The notes under the pieces: generated by a model
The model's input: the letters and a program-made list of their open reading frames with translations, nothing else
Databases searched by the model: none
What the model was told of the DNA's origin: nothing
Program-made: the position numbers and the translations under genes
Assembly: GCF_014252415.1 (NCBI RefSeq)
Contig: NZ_CP059223.1
Span: 120,001 to 152,000, forward strand
Reading direction: 5' to 3'
Source of the DNA: Candidatus Saccharimonadota bacterium
Lineage (GTDB): Bacteria; Bacteroidota; Bacteroidia; Flavobacteriales; Blattabacteriaceae
DNA: 32,000 bases
In this document: in pieces, positions 17,261-28,631 of the stretch
Layout: every line of letters begins with the position of its first letter
Position numbering within the stretch: the stretch's first letter is position 1

Positions 17261-19726
17261 ATGATAGAAGGAGAAAAATTGATCCCAATTAATATTGAAG
17301 ATGAAATGAAATCATCTTACATAGATTATTCTATGTCAGTTATTATATCTAGAGCACTCCCGGATGTTAGAGATGGATTAAAACCTGTACATAGAAGAGT
17401 TTTATATGGGATGTATCAATTAAATATTTTTTCCAAAAGTTCTTACAAAAAATCTGCTCGTATTGTAGGAGAAGTATTAGGTAAATATCATCCTCACGGA
17501 GATATTTCAGTTTATGACACTATGGTACGAATGGCCCAAAAATGGATTAGTCGTTATCCTCTTATAGACGGACAAGGAAATTTTGGATCATTGGATTCAG
17601 ATCCACCAGCTGCTATGCGTTATACAGAGGTTAAAATGAAAAAAATTTCAGAAGAAATGTTATCAGATATTAATAAAAATACTGTAAACATGAAATTAAA
17701 TTTTGATGATTCATTGGAGGAACCTACAGTATTACCAACGAGAATTCCAAACTTATTAATTAATGGATCTTCTGGTATTGCGGTAGGTATGGCTACCAAT
17801 ATTCCTCCTCATAATTTAAAAGAAACTATAGAAGCTATTTGTGCTTATATAGACAGTAATAATAGTTTATCTATAGAAAAAATAATAAAATATATTAAAG
17901 CTCCAGATTTTCCAACAGGTGGAATTATTTATGGATATAATGGAGTAAAAAACTATTTTTTAACAGGAAGAGGACGTCTTATTATAAGAGCTAAAATTCA
18001 TATAGAAGAAATACAAGGAAGAAAATCTATTGTTGTTGATGAAATACCATATCAAGTAAATAAATCAGATATGATATCTAAAACTATAGGATTAATAAAA
18101 AATGGTAAAATAGAGGAACTTTATCAAGTACGTGATGAATCAGATAGGAATGGATTACGTATTGTTTACGTTCTTAAACAGAATACTAATCCTGAAATTT
18201 TATTAAATAAATTATTTCAGTATACATCTTTACAAACTTATTTTAATGTTAATATCATAGCTTTAGTTAAAGGAAAACCTTCTCAATTAAACATTAGAGA
18301 TCTCATCCAAAATTTTTTATATCATAGACATGATGTAATTATTCGTCGTACCAAATATGAATTAAAAAAATGTAAAGATCGTATTCATATTTTAAAAGGA
18401 TTTTTAAAAATATTGAATAGTTTAAATAACATGATTCAATTCATAAAAAATTCAAAAAATAGAAATGATGCTACTAAAAAACTAATAACAGAGTTTAATT
18501 TATCAGAACATCAATCAAAATCTATTTTAGATTTACGTTTACAAAGTCTTACTTCTATGGAACAAAATAAAATAAAAGAAGAACATGATGAATTAATAAA
18601 AAAAAATTTTTTTTTAGAAAATGTTTTATTTAAATATTCTGTTAGAACAGATATTATAAAAAAAGAACTTTTAGAAATAAAAAGAAAATATTCTGATTCA
18701 CGTAGAACACAAATTGATTATTCCGGTAATGAAGGAAAAATTAATATAGAGGATCTCATTGAAAATAAACAGGTTGTTCTTACTATATCTCATGCAGGAT
18801 ACATAAAAAGAACTTCTTTATCAGAATATAAACGTCAGGGAAGAGGAGGTGTAGGAAATAGAGGTGCTATTGCAAGAGAATCAGATTTTTTTAAACATTT
18901 ATTAGTAGCGACTAATCATCAATATTTACTTTTATTCACAAAAAAAGGAAAATGTTTTTGGTTAAGAGTATATGAAATACCAGAAGGATCAAAAATATCT
19001 AAAGGTAGAGCAATACAGAATATTATTGATCTTAAAAAAGATGATAAAGTTAATGCTTATGTTTTAGTAAATAATCTCACTGATAAAAAATATATTAAGA
19101 ATCATTATGTTATGATGGTTACTAAAAATGGAATTGTGAAAAAAACTTCTTTGTACCATTATTCTAGACCTAGAAAATATGGAATAAATGCAATCATTAT
19201 TAGAAAAGATGATTCTTTATTAAAGGCTGTTTTAACAAAAGGAGATAGCCATGTATTTGTAGCATTACAAAGTGGTAGAATTATTCGTTTTTCCGAAAAA
19301 AATGTTCGTCCTACTGGTAGAAATTCATTTGGAGTTATAGGAATTACTTGTTCAATTGAAAAAGATGAAGTTATTGGTATGATATGTGTAGAAAATATTA
19401 TAATAAAAATGGGGTATTTATTAGTTGTTTCTAAAAATGGTTTTGGTAAAAGATCTAAAATAGAGGATTATCGATTAACTAATCGTGGAGGAAAAGGTGT
19501 AAAAACTATAAATACTACAAAAAAAGTAGGTTGTTTAATTTCTATTAAATATGTAAAAGAAGAAGATGATTTAATGATTATTAAAAAATCAGGTATTATA
19601 ATACGAATTTCAATTTCAGATATTAGGGTAATGGGAAGAAATACACAAGGAGTTAGATTAATAAATCTAAAAAATAATGATGCTATAGCAGATGTAGCAA
19701 AAATCTACTCAAAGGTTATATCATAA
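17261..19726 (+). CDS. gyrA: DNA gyrase subunit A
   Basis: 821 aa with [27 protein letters not shown], the QRDR block HPHGD, the active-site Tyr in AAMRYTE, and C-terminal beta-pinwheel repeats. Confidence 0.97.
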   Translation: MIEGEKLIPINIEDEMKSSYIDYSMSVIISRALPDVRDGLKPVHRRVLYGMYQLNIFSKSSYKKSARIVGEVLGKYHPHGDISVYDTMVRMAQKWISRYPLIDGQGNFGSLDSDPPAAMRYTEVKMKKISEEMLSDINKNTVNMKLNFDDSLEEPTVLPTRIPNLLINGSSGIAVGMATNIPPHNLKETIEAICAYIDSNNSLSIEKIIKYIKAPDFPTGGIIYGYNGVKNYFLTGRGRLIIRAKIHIEEIQGRKSIVVDEIPYQVNKSDMISKTIGLIKNGKIEELYQVRDESDRNGLRIVYVLKQNTNPEILLNKLFQYTSLQTYFNVNIIALVKGKPSQLNIRDLIQNFLYHRHDVIIRRTKYELKKCKDRIHILKGFLKILNSLNNMIQFIKNSKNRNDATKKLITEFNLSEHQSKSILDLRLQSLTSMEQNKIKEEHDELIKKNFFLENVLFKYSVRTDIIKKELLEIKRKYSDSRRTQIDYSGNEGKINIEDLIENKQVVLTISHAGYIKRTSLSEYKRQGRGGVGNRGAIARESDFFKHLLVATNHQYLLLFTKKGKCFWLRVYEIPEGSKISKGRAIQNIIDLKKDDKVNAYVLVNNLTDKKYIKNHYVMMVTKNGIVKKTSLYHYSRPRKYGINAIIIRKDDSLLKAVLTKGDSHVFVALQSGRIIRFSEKNVRPTGRNSFGVIGITCSIEKDEVIGMICVENIIIKMGYLLVVSKNGFGKRSKIEDYRLTNRGGKGVKTINTTKKVGCLISIKYVKEEDDLMIIKKSGIIIRISISDIRVMGRNTQGVRLINLKNNDAIADVAKIYSKVIS

Positions 19727-19778
19727 ATAAAGTGATTTTTTCATAATTTTTAATTATTAAATAATTTACAAATTTTAT

Positions 19779-20585
19779 ATGAAAAAAAAGCCAATTATAT
19801 TGGTAACAAACGACGATAGCATAAATGCACCTGGAATTAGAGCTCTTATTCATATGATGAATACTTTGGGAGAAGTATATGTTGTTGCACCTGATCAACA
19901 AAAATCAGGAATATCTCACGCAATAACTATGGATACCGTTTTATATTGCAATTCAATAAAAATTGATAACGGTATACAAAAAGAATGGAAATGTTCAGGT
20001 ACTCCCGTTGATTGTGTTAAAATAGCTATAAATGATATTCTTCCTAAAAAACCTGATATTTGTGTATCAGGTATTAACCATGGATCAAATTCGTCTATAA
20101 ATATTGTATATTCTGGTACAATGTCTGCCGTAATTGAGGCTAGTATAGAAGGTATTCCATCCATTGGATTTTCTTTATTAGATGTCAAATGGAATGCTGA
20201 TTTTTATTCATCAAAAGAATATATATGTAGAATCGTTAAAAAAGTTCTTAAAAATTCTGTTTCAGATCATATAATTAGTCTTAATGTTAATATTCCAAAA
20301 TTAAAAAAAAATCAAATAAGAGGAATAAAAATATGTAAGCAATCTAAATCTAGATGGAAAGAAAGTTTTGAAAAACGTTATACTCCATCAGGAAAACATT
20401 ATTACTGGTTATTTGGAAATTTTATCAAAAATGAAAAAATAGTAAATACTGATGAATGGGCATTAAAAAATGGATATATATCGATTGTTCCTGTTCATTT
20501 TGATTTTACAAACTATTCTTTACTAAATACGTTAAATTCTTGGACCTTTGTTTACCTATTTTTTTATTTTTTTTTATTTAATTAA
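19779..20585 (+). CDS. surE: 5'/3'-nucleotidase SurE
   Basis: N-terminal ILVTNDDSINAPGI, SGINHGSN and YSGTMSA motifs. The last ~15 aa (FVYLFFYFFLFN) may be read-through of T-rich sequence rather than conserved protein. Confidence 0.9.
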   Translation: MKKKPIILVTNDDSINAPGIRALIHMMNTLGEVYVVAPDQQKSGISHAITMDTVLYCNSIKIDNGIQKEWKCSGTPVDCVKIAINDILPKKPDICVSGINHGSNSSINIVYSGTMSAVIEASIEGIPSIGFSLLDVKWNADFYSSKEYICRIVKKVLKNSVSDHIISLNVNIPKLKKNQIRGIKICKQSKSRWKESFEKRYTPSGKHYYWLFGNFIKNEKIVNTDEWALKNGYISIVPVHFDFTNYSLLNTLNSWTFVYLFFYFFLFN

Positions 20586-20598
20586 TTAATATAATAAT

Positions 20599-21552
20599 GT
20601 GTCATTATTAAAAAATAATTTAAACCCAAATAAAATACAAGATTTTCTTGGTCAACATAATATTATAGAACCTTTAAATATTTTTATTAAAGCTGCCAAA
20701 AATAGAAATGAAGCTTTAGATCATATTTTATTCCATGGACCTCCAGGTTTAGGAAAAACAACTTTAGCTCATATAGTTGCAAAAGAGTTATCTGTAAATA
20801 TTACTATTACATCTGGATCGATTTTAGATAAACCTGGGGATTTAGCTGGATTACTAATTCATTTAAAAAAAAAAGATGTAATTTTTATTGATGAAATTCA
20901 TAGATTATCTCCTTTAGTTGAGGAATATTTATATTCTGCAATGGAAAATTATAAAATAGATGTAATTATTGATTCTGGATCTAACGCAAGATCTGTACAA
21001 ATAGATTTATCTCCATTTACTTTGATAGGTGCTACTACTAGATATGGTTTAATTACTTCTCCAATGAGGTCTAGATTTGGGATAAATTTTCGTATGAATT
21101 ATTACGATAAAAATATATTAAAACATATAATATTTCATAATGCAAAAATATTAAAAATCCCCATTACAGAAGAAGCCTTGTGTGAAATTTCCAATAGAAG
21201 CAGGGGAACACCTCGTGTTGCTAATTCATTACTTCGTAGAATAAGAGATTTTGCTCAAATAAAAGGTAATGGAATTATTGACTATAATATATGTAATATA
21301 GGATTAAAAGCACTTAATGTTGATCAAGATGGATTAGACGAAATAGATAATAGAATTTTATTATTTATTGTTAATAATTTTAAAGGAGGACCAGTAGGTA
21401 TTAATTCTATAGCATCAGGAATAAATGAAAATCCGGATACAATAGAAGAAGTACATGAACCATTTCTTATTAAAGAAGGATATTTAATAAGAACTCCTAG
21501 AGGACGTAGAGTTACAGATTTAGCATATGAACATATAAATAATGAATCATAA
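20599..21552 (+). CDS. ruvB: Holliday junction branch-migration helicase RuvB (GTG start)
   Basis: LNPNKIQDFLGQ, Walker A GPPGLGKTTLA, Walker B VIFIDEIHRL, ATTR, and RGTPRVANSLLRR. Confidence 0.95.
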   Translation: MSLLKNNLNPNKIQDFLGQHNIIEPLNIFIKAAKNRNEALDHILFHGPPGLGKTTLAHIVAKELSVNITITSGSILDKPGDLAGLLIHLKKKDVIFIDEIHRLSPLVEEYLYSAMENYKIDVIIDSGSNARSVQIDLSPFTLIGATTRYGLITSPMRSRFGINFRMNYYDKNILKHIIFHNAKILKIPITEEALCEISNRSRGTPRVANSLLRRIRDFAQIKGNGIIDYNICNIGLKALNVDQDGLDEIDNRILLFIVNNFKGGPVGINSIASGINENPDTIEEVHEPFLIKEGYLIRTPRGRRVTDLAYEHINNES

Positions 21553-21647
21553 AAATGATATAATAAATATATTTTTATGAGTAAATATTAAGATATATTA
21601 AAAATAACTTATAATTTTAACTATAAATATTAAAATATTTATATGTC

Positions 21648-22961
21648 ATGCCTTCAAATGTTATTGTAGGACTCCAATGGGGCGATGAAGGAAAGGGAAA
21701 AATTACAGATTTTCTTTCCAAAAATTCTGATTATGTTGTTCGTTATCAGGGTGGAAATAATTCGGGTCATTCTATTCATATTAAAAATAATTATTTTATT
21801 CTTCATTTAATTCCATCTGGAGTTATTTATCCTCATGTAAAATGTATAATTGGCCCTGGGATGGTTATAGATCCTAAATCTTTAATAAAAGAATTAACGA
21901 ATTTAAAATCAATGGGCATTAATATTAACAATGTATTTATATCCAAAAGATCTCACATAGTTATGCCTTATCATATACTTTTAGATAAATATAAAGAAGA
22001 ATATTTAGGAAAAAATTTTATTGGAACTACTCATAAAGGAATTGGTCCAGCTTATGAGGATAAAATATCAAGAATTGGGATTCGTATACTAGATTTATTT
22101 TATCCAGATATTTTTTATGAAAAATTAAAAAATAATGTAGAATTTAAAAATACAATTTTTAAAAAAATTTATAAAAAACCAATCATTTCATTTAAACCGA
22201 TTTATAAAGAATATATGAATTATGCAAAAATTCTTTATCATAGATTTATAGATGCAGTAAATGAAATTCATTATGCTTTTCATGAAAATAAAAAAATCTT
22301 ATTTGAAGGAGCTCAAGCTATGTTACTTGATATAGATTATGGAACATATCCTTTTGTTACTACATCTTCTTCAACTACAGGTGGAGTATGTGTAGGGACT
22401 GGTATACCTCCCATTGGATTGGACAATTTTTTTGGAGTAACAAAGTCATATTGTACACGAGTTGGGAATGGCCCATTTCCAACAGAAATGGTTAATCATA
22501 AATTATTACATGATATAAGAAGTAAAGGTAATGAATATGGTTCTACCACAAAACGTCCTAGACGTTGCGGATGGTTAGATTTAGTAGCTCTTAAATATTC
22601 TTGTAGAATAAATGGTATAAACTATTTAATAATAACAAAAATAGATGTGTTAAGTGAATTAACATTAATAAAAATATGTGTGAAATATAATATTAATGGA
22701 AAAAATGTAGATGATTTTCCACCTGATATAGGAAATAAAAAAATAAATTGTATTTGGAAAAAATTTAAGGGGTGGAATCAAAATATTTCTCATATTAAAG
22801 AATATGAAATGTTACCAATAAATTGTAAAAATTATATTAATTTTATTGAAAAATATCTAAAATTAAAAATTATATTAATATCTATTGGGTCAGAAAGAAA
22901 TCAAAATATAATTAAATATAAACGTTTATTTTATAAAATTTTTCCAAGTGAAAAAATATGA
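21648..22961 (+). CDS. purA: Adenylosuccinate synthetase
   Basis: GLQWGDEGKGK, YQGGNNSGH, TTHKGIGPAYEDK, GAQAMLLDIDYGTYPFVTTS and TTKRPRRCGWLD. Confidence 0.96.
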   Translation: MPSNVIVGLQWGDEGKGKITDFLSKNSDYVVRYQGGNNSGHSIHIKNNYFILHLIPSGVIYPHVKCIIGPGMVIDPKSLIKELTNLKSMGININNVFISKRSHIVMPYHILLDKYKEEYLGKNFIGTTHKGIGPAYEDKISRIGIRILDLFYPDIFYEKLKNNVEFKNTIFKKIYKKPIISFKPIYKEYMNYAKILYHRFIDAVNEIHYAFHENKKILFEGAQAMLLDIDYGTYPFVTTSSSTTGGVCVGTGIPPIGLDNFFGVTKSYCTRVGNGPFPTEMVNHKLLHDIRSKGNEYGSTTKRPRRCGWLDLVALKYSCRINGINYLIITKIDVLSELTLIKICVKYNINGKNVDDFPPDIGNKKINCIWKKFKGWNQNISHIKEYEMLPINCKNYINFIEKYLKLKIILISIGSERNQNIIKYKRLFYKIFPSEKI

Positions 22962-24375
22962 AAATCCATTAGTAGAAAAATATGGAAGTAAAGAAATGAT
23001 ATATAATTTTTCTCCAGAAAAAAAAATTATAATATGGAGAAAATTATGGTTAAATTTAGCTAAAACACAAAAAGAATTAGGATTAAATATAAGTAGTAAA
23101 CAAATAAATGATTTAGAAAATCATTTATATGATATTGACTGGAGTAGAATTAATTTTTATGAAAGAAAACTACACCATGATGTAATGGCTAATTTATATG
23201 CTTTTGGTGAAAAAGCTATAGTAGCTAAACCAATTTTACATTTAGGAGTAACAAGTGCATTTTTAGGAGATAATACTGATATTATACTCATTAAAAATGG
23301 ATTAAAAATATTATTAAAAAAATTGATTAATATAATATTTCGTTTAAGAAATTTTACTATAGAATATCATAAAATACCAACTTTAGCGTATACTCATTAT
23401 CAACCTGCACAATTAACTACTGTAGGTAAACGTTCTGCATTATGGATGCAAAGTATAATTTTTGATATTGAAGAATTAGAATTTAGACTAGAAAATCTAC
23501 CATTTAGAGGAGTAAAAGGAACAGTAGGTACTGCTGCTAGTTTTAAAGATTTATTTAATGGAAATTTGAATAAATTAAAAATTTTAGAAAAAAAATTATC
23601 AAATAAATTTGGATTTAAAAATATATGTCCGATAACTGGACAAACTTATGATAGAAAAATAGATGCTCAAATATTAAATTTATTATCTAATATATCTCAA
23701 TCATCCCATAAATTTAGTAATGACATACGTTTATTACAGAATTTAAAAGAAATTGAAGAACCTTTTGATGAAGATCAAGTTGGATCTAGTGCAATGGCTT
23801 ATAAAAGAAATCCAATTCTTAGTGAAAGAATCTCTTCTATATCAAAATATGTAATATCGATTTCTAATAGTTCAGCAACAGTTGCAGCAAATCAATGGTT
23901 AGAACGAACTTTAGATGATTCAGCTAATAGAAGAATAGTAATTAGTCAATCGTTTTTATCCGTAGATGCAATTTTGATAATATGGAACTATATTTTAGAA
24001 AAAATTACTGTATATCCTAAAATGATTGAAAAAAATATTAATAAAGAATTACCGTTTTTAATAACAGAATCTATTATAATAAAATGTGTTAAGAAAGGAT
24101 GTGATAGACAAGAAATATACAATAGAATAAGAGAACATTCTATGAAAACATGTTTAGATATAAAATTAAAAGGTTTAAAAAATAATTTTATTGATAGAAT
24201 TTTAAAAGATAAAGAAATTCCAATTTGTAAAAATGAAATAGATAAATTGATTGATTCTAAAAATTTTATAGGATTTTCTCCAGAACAATCATTAGAATTT
24301 GTGGAAAAAAAAATTAATCCTATATTAGAAAAATATTATAATCTTATTGATTTCGATACATCATCTGTTATATAA
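22948..24375 (+). CDS. purB: Adenylosuccinate lyase (GTG start, overlaps the purA 3' end by 14 nt)
   Basis: The N-terminal block NPLVEKYGSKEM..FSPEKK...WRKLWLNLAKTQKELGL matches the long ADSL type. The fumarate-lyase signature GSSAMAYKRNP is present. No in-frame ATG lies upstream of the conserved N-terminal block. Confidence 0.93.
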   Translation: MKKYENPLVEKYGSKEMIYNFSPEKKIIIWRKLWLNLAKTQKELGLNISSKQINDLENHLYDIDWSRINFYERKLHHDVMANLYAFGEKAIVAKPILHLGVTSAFLGDNTDIILIKNGLKILLKKLINIIFRLRNFTIEYHKIPTLAYTHYQPAQLTTVGKRSALWMQSIIFDIEELEFRLENLPFRGVKGTVGTAASFKDLFNGNLNKLKILEKKLSNKFGFKNICPITGQTYDRKIDAQILNLLSNISQSSHKFSNDIRLLQNLKEIEEPFDEDQVGSSAMAYKRNPILSERISSISKYVISISNSSATVAANQWLERTLDDSANRRIVISQSFLSVDAILIIWNYILEKITVYPKMIEKNINKELPFLITESIIIKCVKKGCDRQEIYNRIREHSMKTCLDIKLKGLKNNFIDRILKDKEIPICKNEIDKLIDSKNFIGFSPEQSLEFVEKKINPILEKYYNLIDFDTSSVI

Positions 24376-24402
24376 CATATAATTTTAGATTTTAAAATAA
24401 AA

Positions 24403-27400
24403 ATGATTTTTTTATCAAAAAAAGAACATTTTAGAATTTATATAAAAAAAAAATCAATATTTGATATAGATTCTTTTTTATTATTTAATAAATTAAAAAA
24501 GTTAAATATACCATTAAATAAAATTATTATATATCATGTATACGATTTTTTTAAGATCAATAGGAAATTGCTTATTGAATTTTTAAGTAAAATACTTTTA
24601 GATCCTGTAACAGATATCATGTATTTAAAAAAAAATTTTAAAAATCCATTTTTTGAATGTTATTTAAACAATAGTGATAATCGCGATAATGCAGCTATCC
24701 AGTGTATAAAAATATTAAATCCATACGATTCTAAAAATATATCTATAAAATCTAAATTATTAATAGAATTTATAGGTATTAATAAAAATAATGAAATTAA
24801 GTATATACAAAAAATAAAAAATTTCATAGAAAATGATTATTCTTATATTTTATTAAAAAATGAAGAAATAAAAAAAATAAGAAAATTCGGTATAAGTATC
24901 AACAATTTTATTAATTGTAATCATAATAAATTAAGGAACATATGTCGTGATTTAAACTTATCAATGGATTTAAAAGATTTATTGTTCATTAAAAAATATT
25001 TTCATAAAGAAAAAAGAAATCCTACAGAAGAAGAATTAAAAATATTAGATACTTATTGGTCTGATCACTGTCGACATATAACATTTTTTACACAATTAGA
25101 AAAAATTTCGTTTAATGGAATATTAAAAAAAACATATAAAAGTATATTTAATAAATATATGAATGATAGAAAAATAGTAGGAAGTTCATATAAACCTATA
25201 AATTTAATGGATTTAACTCGATTACCATGCAAAATTTTTGTTAAAAAACAAAAAAAAAATATTACTTATTGTGATGAAAATAATGCATGTATTATGATGA
25301 TAGATGTTTTTTTTACAAATAAAAAAAAAGTAGAAAAATGGTATTTATGTTTCAAAAACGAAACTCATAATCATCCTACAGAAATAGATCCATTTAATGG
25401 AGCTTATACTTGCATAGGTGGAGCAATTAGAGATCCTTTATCTATAAGATCATTTGTATACCAAGGATTAAGATTAAGTGGAATTGCAGATCCAAAATGT
25501 TCAAAGATGGTTGATGGAAAATTACCCCAAAATAAAATTTGTATAGAATCTGCTAATGGTTTTAGTTCTTATGGAAATCAAATAGGATTATCAACTACTC
25601 ATGTTAATGAAATTTATCATGAAGGTTATAGAGCAAAAAAAATGGAAGTAGGAATGACAATTGGAGCCGTACCAGTTAATTTTATTAAATGGGAAAAACC
25701 TATAAATGGAGATATTATATTATTAATAGGAGGAATTACAAAAAAAGAAGGAATAGGAGATGCTAATAATTCGTCAAAAATTATTAATAATTACAAAAAT
25801 ATTAGAAAAAAACGAATGGGAGATCCCATAATAGAAAGAAAAATTCAAAGACTTTTTAGAAAAAAAGAAATTACTTTTTTAATAAAAAAATGTAATGATC
25901 TTGGTGCTGGAGGAATATCTGTCGCTCTATGTGAAATACATGATAGTGTAGAAATATATTTAGATAAAATTCCAATAAAAAAAAATAATAATCTATATCC
26001 TATAGATATTGCACTTTCTGAATCACAAGAAAGAATGGTGGTTGTTATAGCTCCTATAAATCTAAAAAAATTTATTAAATTATCCAGAGAAGAAAATTTA
26101 ATAGCTACCCCTATAGCTAAAATAACAAAAAATAAACGAATTATTTTTTTATACAAAAAAAAGGAAATATTTAATATTAAAAAATCATTTTTAAATACAG
26201 GAGGATACAAAAGAAAAAATAAAGTTATTGTAGAATCTCCTAAATCTATTTCTCCTTTTTATAAATCAAAAAAATATATTTTCAATAAAACAAATTTTTT
26301 ACAATTTCTTTCTAAATTAAATATTGCTTCTCAATTAGATATAATAGAACTATTTGATAGTACAGTAGGGGGGACTACAGTCTTGATGCCATTTGGTGGA
26401 AAATATCAAATGACTCCTTCTGAAGGAAGTGTACAAAAAATACCTGTATTGGATGGTAGTACGACTACTGTTAGTATAGCATGTTGGGGGTTTCATCCTG
26501 AAATATCTACATGGAGTCCATTTCATGGAGGATCTTATGCTATATTAGAATGTATTTCTAAAATTGTTGCAATAGGTGGTAATTATAAAAATACTTATCT
26601 CAGTTTTCAAGAATATTATCAAAAATTAGGTAAAAATCCAATAAATTGGGGAAAACCTTTCTCATCATTATTAGGTGCATATCATGCTCAAATGTCTTTA
26701 GGAATAGTATGTATTGGTGGAAAAGATTCTATGTCTGGAACATATAAGAATAAACATGTACCTCCTACTTTAATATCTTTTGGAGTAACTACGGAATCAG
26801 ATTCTAATATTATTTCTCCAGAATTTAAAAAAATAGGAAATAAAATATACTTGTATCATCATGTTCCTTTGGCAAATGAAATGCCTAACTTTGATTCGAT
26901 TAAAAATGCATATAATCAAATATATAATGGAATTATTAATAAAAAAATTATTTCTGTAAAAACTATTAAAGATGGAGGAATATCTATTGCTATCGCAAAA
27001 ATGTCTTTTGGAAATCAATTAGGGGTTGAAATAAATTATGATAAAAATCTATTGGAAACTCATATCGGATCATTGATTATAGAATCTTCATCACATTTAC
27101 CAAAAGAATTTATATTAATAGGAAAGGTTACAGGATCAAAATATTTAAAATTTAATGGAATATCAATTAGTATTAATATGTCTATGAAATATTGGCTATC
27201 GAAATTAGATCGATATCAAGTATTATATAAAAATATTAATATAAAAAATCATAAAACAAGTAAAATATATGACTTAAATATTTTAAAATCAAAAAAAAAT
27301 AATCATCATTATAATTTAAAAAAAATTGGATATCCAAATGTATTTATTCCTATATTTCCAGGAACAAATGGAGAATATGAGTCTATAAGGGCGTTTAAAA

Positions 27401-28125
27401 ATTATGGAGCAAAAGTTAATAATTTTGTTTTTAAAAATTTAGATGATAATGGAATTATAGAATCTATTTCTTACATAAGAAAAATTATAAAATCTGTACA
27501 AATTATTATGATTTGTGGAGGATTTAGTGCAGGAGATGAACCAGATGGTTCTGCAAAATTTATTATATCTGTATTACAGAATAAATATATAAAAGATTCT
27601 ATTAATAATTTTCTTAATAAAGATGGATTAATACTAGGAATTTGTAATGGATTTCAAGCGTTAATAAAATCAGGGTTGTTACCATATGGTAAAATTTGTT
27701 TAAGAAATAGAAAATCTCCCTCTTTAGTTTTAAATAAAGTAAATAAACATATATCACAATGTGTTCATATAAAAATTATTTCTGATTCTTCTCCATGGTT
27801 AAATGGAATGAAAAATAAAATATATACATTTCCTATTTCTCATGGAGAAGGAAGATTTTATGCAGAAAAAAAAATTTGTAATTTTTTGTTTAAGAAAAAT
27901 CAGGTAGCTGCTCAATATGTTAATATAAATGGTGAACCTAGTTTAGAAAAAAAATATAATCCTAACGGATCCACTGATTCAATTGAAAGTTTATTAAGTA
28001 ATAATGGAAAAATTTACGGAAGAATGACTCATCCAGAACGAATTTTTGATACTGGAATATTAAAAAATATACCTCACAATAAGAAAGATTCTATTTTTAT
28101 GAATGCAATAAAGTATTTTCTATAA
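24403..28125 (+). CDS. purL: Phosphoribosylformylglycinamidine (FGAM) synthase, single-chain large form
   Basis: 1240 aa with WSDHCRH, ETHNHPTEIDPFNGA.T..GG.IRD, and a C-terminal glutaminase domain (GICNGFQAL, SHGEGRF, HPER). Confidence 0.95.
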   Translation: MIFLSKKEHFRIYIKKKSIFDIDSFLLFNKLKKLNIPLNKIIIYHVYDFFKINRKLLIEFLSKILLDPVTDIMYLKKNFKNPFFECYLNNSDNRDNAAIQCIKILNPYDSKNISIKSKLLIEFIGINKNNEIKYIQKIKNFIENDYSYILLKNEEIKKIRKFGISINNFINCNHNKLRNICRDLNLSMDLKDLLFIKKYFHKEKRNPTEEELKILDTYWSDHCRHITFFTQLEKISFNGILKKTYKSIFNKYMNDRKIVGSSYKPINLMDLTRLPCKIFVKKQKKNITYCDENNACIMMIDVFFTNKKKVEKWYLCFKNETHNHPTEIDPFNGAYTCIGGAIRDPLSIRSFVYQGLRLSGIADPKCSKMVDGKLPQNKICIESANGFSSYGNQIGLSTTHVNEIYHEGYRAKKMEVGMTIGAVPVNFIKWEKPINGDIILLIGGITKKEGIGDANNSSKIINNYKNIRKKRMGDPIIERKIQRLFRKKEITFLIKKCNDLGAGGISVALCEIHDSVEIYLDKIPIKKNNNLYPIDIALSESQERMVVVIAPINLKKFIKLSREENLIATPIAKITKNKRIIFLYKKKEIFNIKKSFLNTGGYKRKNKVIVESPKSISPFYKSKKYIFNKTNFLQFLSKLNIASQLDIIELFDSTVGGTTVLMPFGGKYQMTPSEGSVQKIPVLDGSTTTVSIACWGFHPEISTWSPFHGGSYAILECISKIVAIGGNYKNTYLSFQEYYQKLGKNPINWGKPFSSLLGAYHAQMSLGIVCIGGKDSMSGTYKNKHVPPTLISFGVTTESDSNIISPEFKKIGNKIYLYHHVPLANEMPNFDSIKNAYNQIYNGIINKKIISVKTIKDGGISIAIAKMSFGNQLGVEINYDKNLLETHIGSLIIESSSHLPKEFILIGKVTGSKYLKFNGISISINMSMKYWLSKLDRYQVLYKNINIKNHKTSKIYDLNILKSKKNNHHYNLKKIGYPNVFIPIFPGTNGEYESIRAFKNYGAKVNNFVFKNLDDNGIIESISYIRKIIKSVQIIMICGGFSAGDEPDGSAKFIISVLQNKYIKDSINNFLNKDGLILGICNGFQALIKSGLLPYGKICLRNRKSPSLVLNKVNKHISQCVHIKIISDSSPWLNGMKNKIYTFPISHGEGRFYAEKKICNFLFKKNQVAAQYVNINGEPSLEKKYNPNGSTDSIESLLSNNGKIYGRMTHPERIFDTGILKNIPHNKKDSIFMNAIKYFL

Positions 28126-28141
28126 AAATTATTATATAATT

Positions 28142-28627
28142 ATGAAAGTATCCATATTTATTGGTAGTAAATCTGATATACCATTTATAAAAGATGCAAT
28201 AGAAATTTTTAAACAATTTAAAATAAATTATAATTGTTATATAATTTCTGCACATAGATTACCAAATATTTTATTAAATACTATAAAAAAAATAGAATAT
28301 GAAAATATAGAAATAATTATTGCAGGAGCAGGTTTATCAGCTCATTTACCTGGAATTATATCGTCTCAAACAATAATCCCAGTAATAGGTATTCCTATAT
28401 GTAATACAAATAATAGTACACTAGGTGGTATTGATGCTCTTTTCTCTATAACACAAATGCCAAAAGGTATACCTGTTGCTACAGTAGGAATAAATAATTC
28501 ATATAACGCCGCTATTATAGCAATACATTTTTTATCTTTAAAATATGATAATTTAAAAAAATTATTAGTAAAATTTAGAGAAAAAACAAAAAAAAAATTA
28601 GAAAATGAAATAGAAAAATATTTATAA
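28142..28627 (+). CDS. purE: N5-carboxyaminoimidazole ribonucleotide mutase (class I PurE)
   Basis: 161 aa with GSKSD, SAHR.P, and AGAGLSAHLPG. The AHLPG form is the class I pattern, not the class II RSNGLGP pattern. Confidence 0.9.
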   Translation: MKVSIFIGSKSDIPFIKDAIEIFKQFKINYNCYIISAHRLPNILLNTIKKIEYENIEIIIAGAGLSAHLPGIISSQTIIPVIGIPICNTNNSTLGGIDALFSITQMPKGIPVATVGINNSYNAAIIAIHFLSLKYDNLKKLLVKFREKTKKKLENEIEKYL

Positions 28628-28631
28628 TATT

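Noticed and set aside
19716-20188. Two minus-strand ORFs (19716-19901 and 19916-20188) antisense to the gyrA end and surE.
   Set aside because: They are shadow ORFs inside or opposite well-supported genes, with no motifs.
25845-27018. Two minus-strand ORFs (121 aa at 25845-26210; 73 aa at 26797-27018) antisense to purL.
   Set aside because: They are embedded in the continuous, motif-rich 1240-aa purL frame and have a low-complexity composition.
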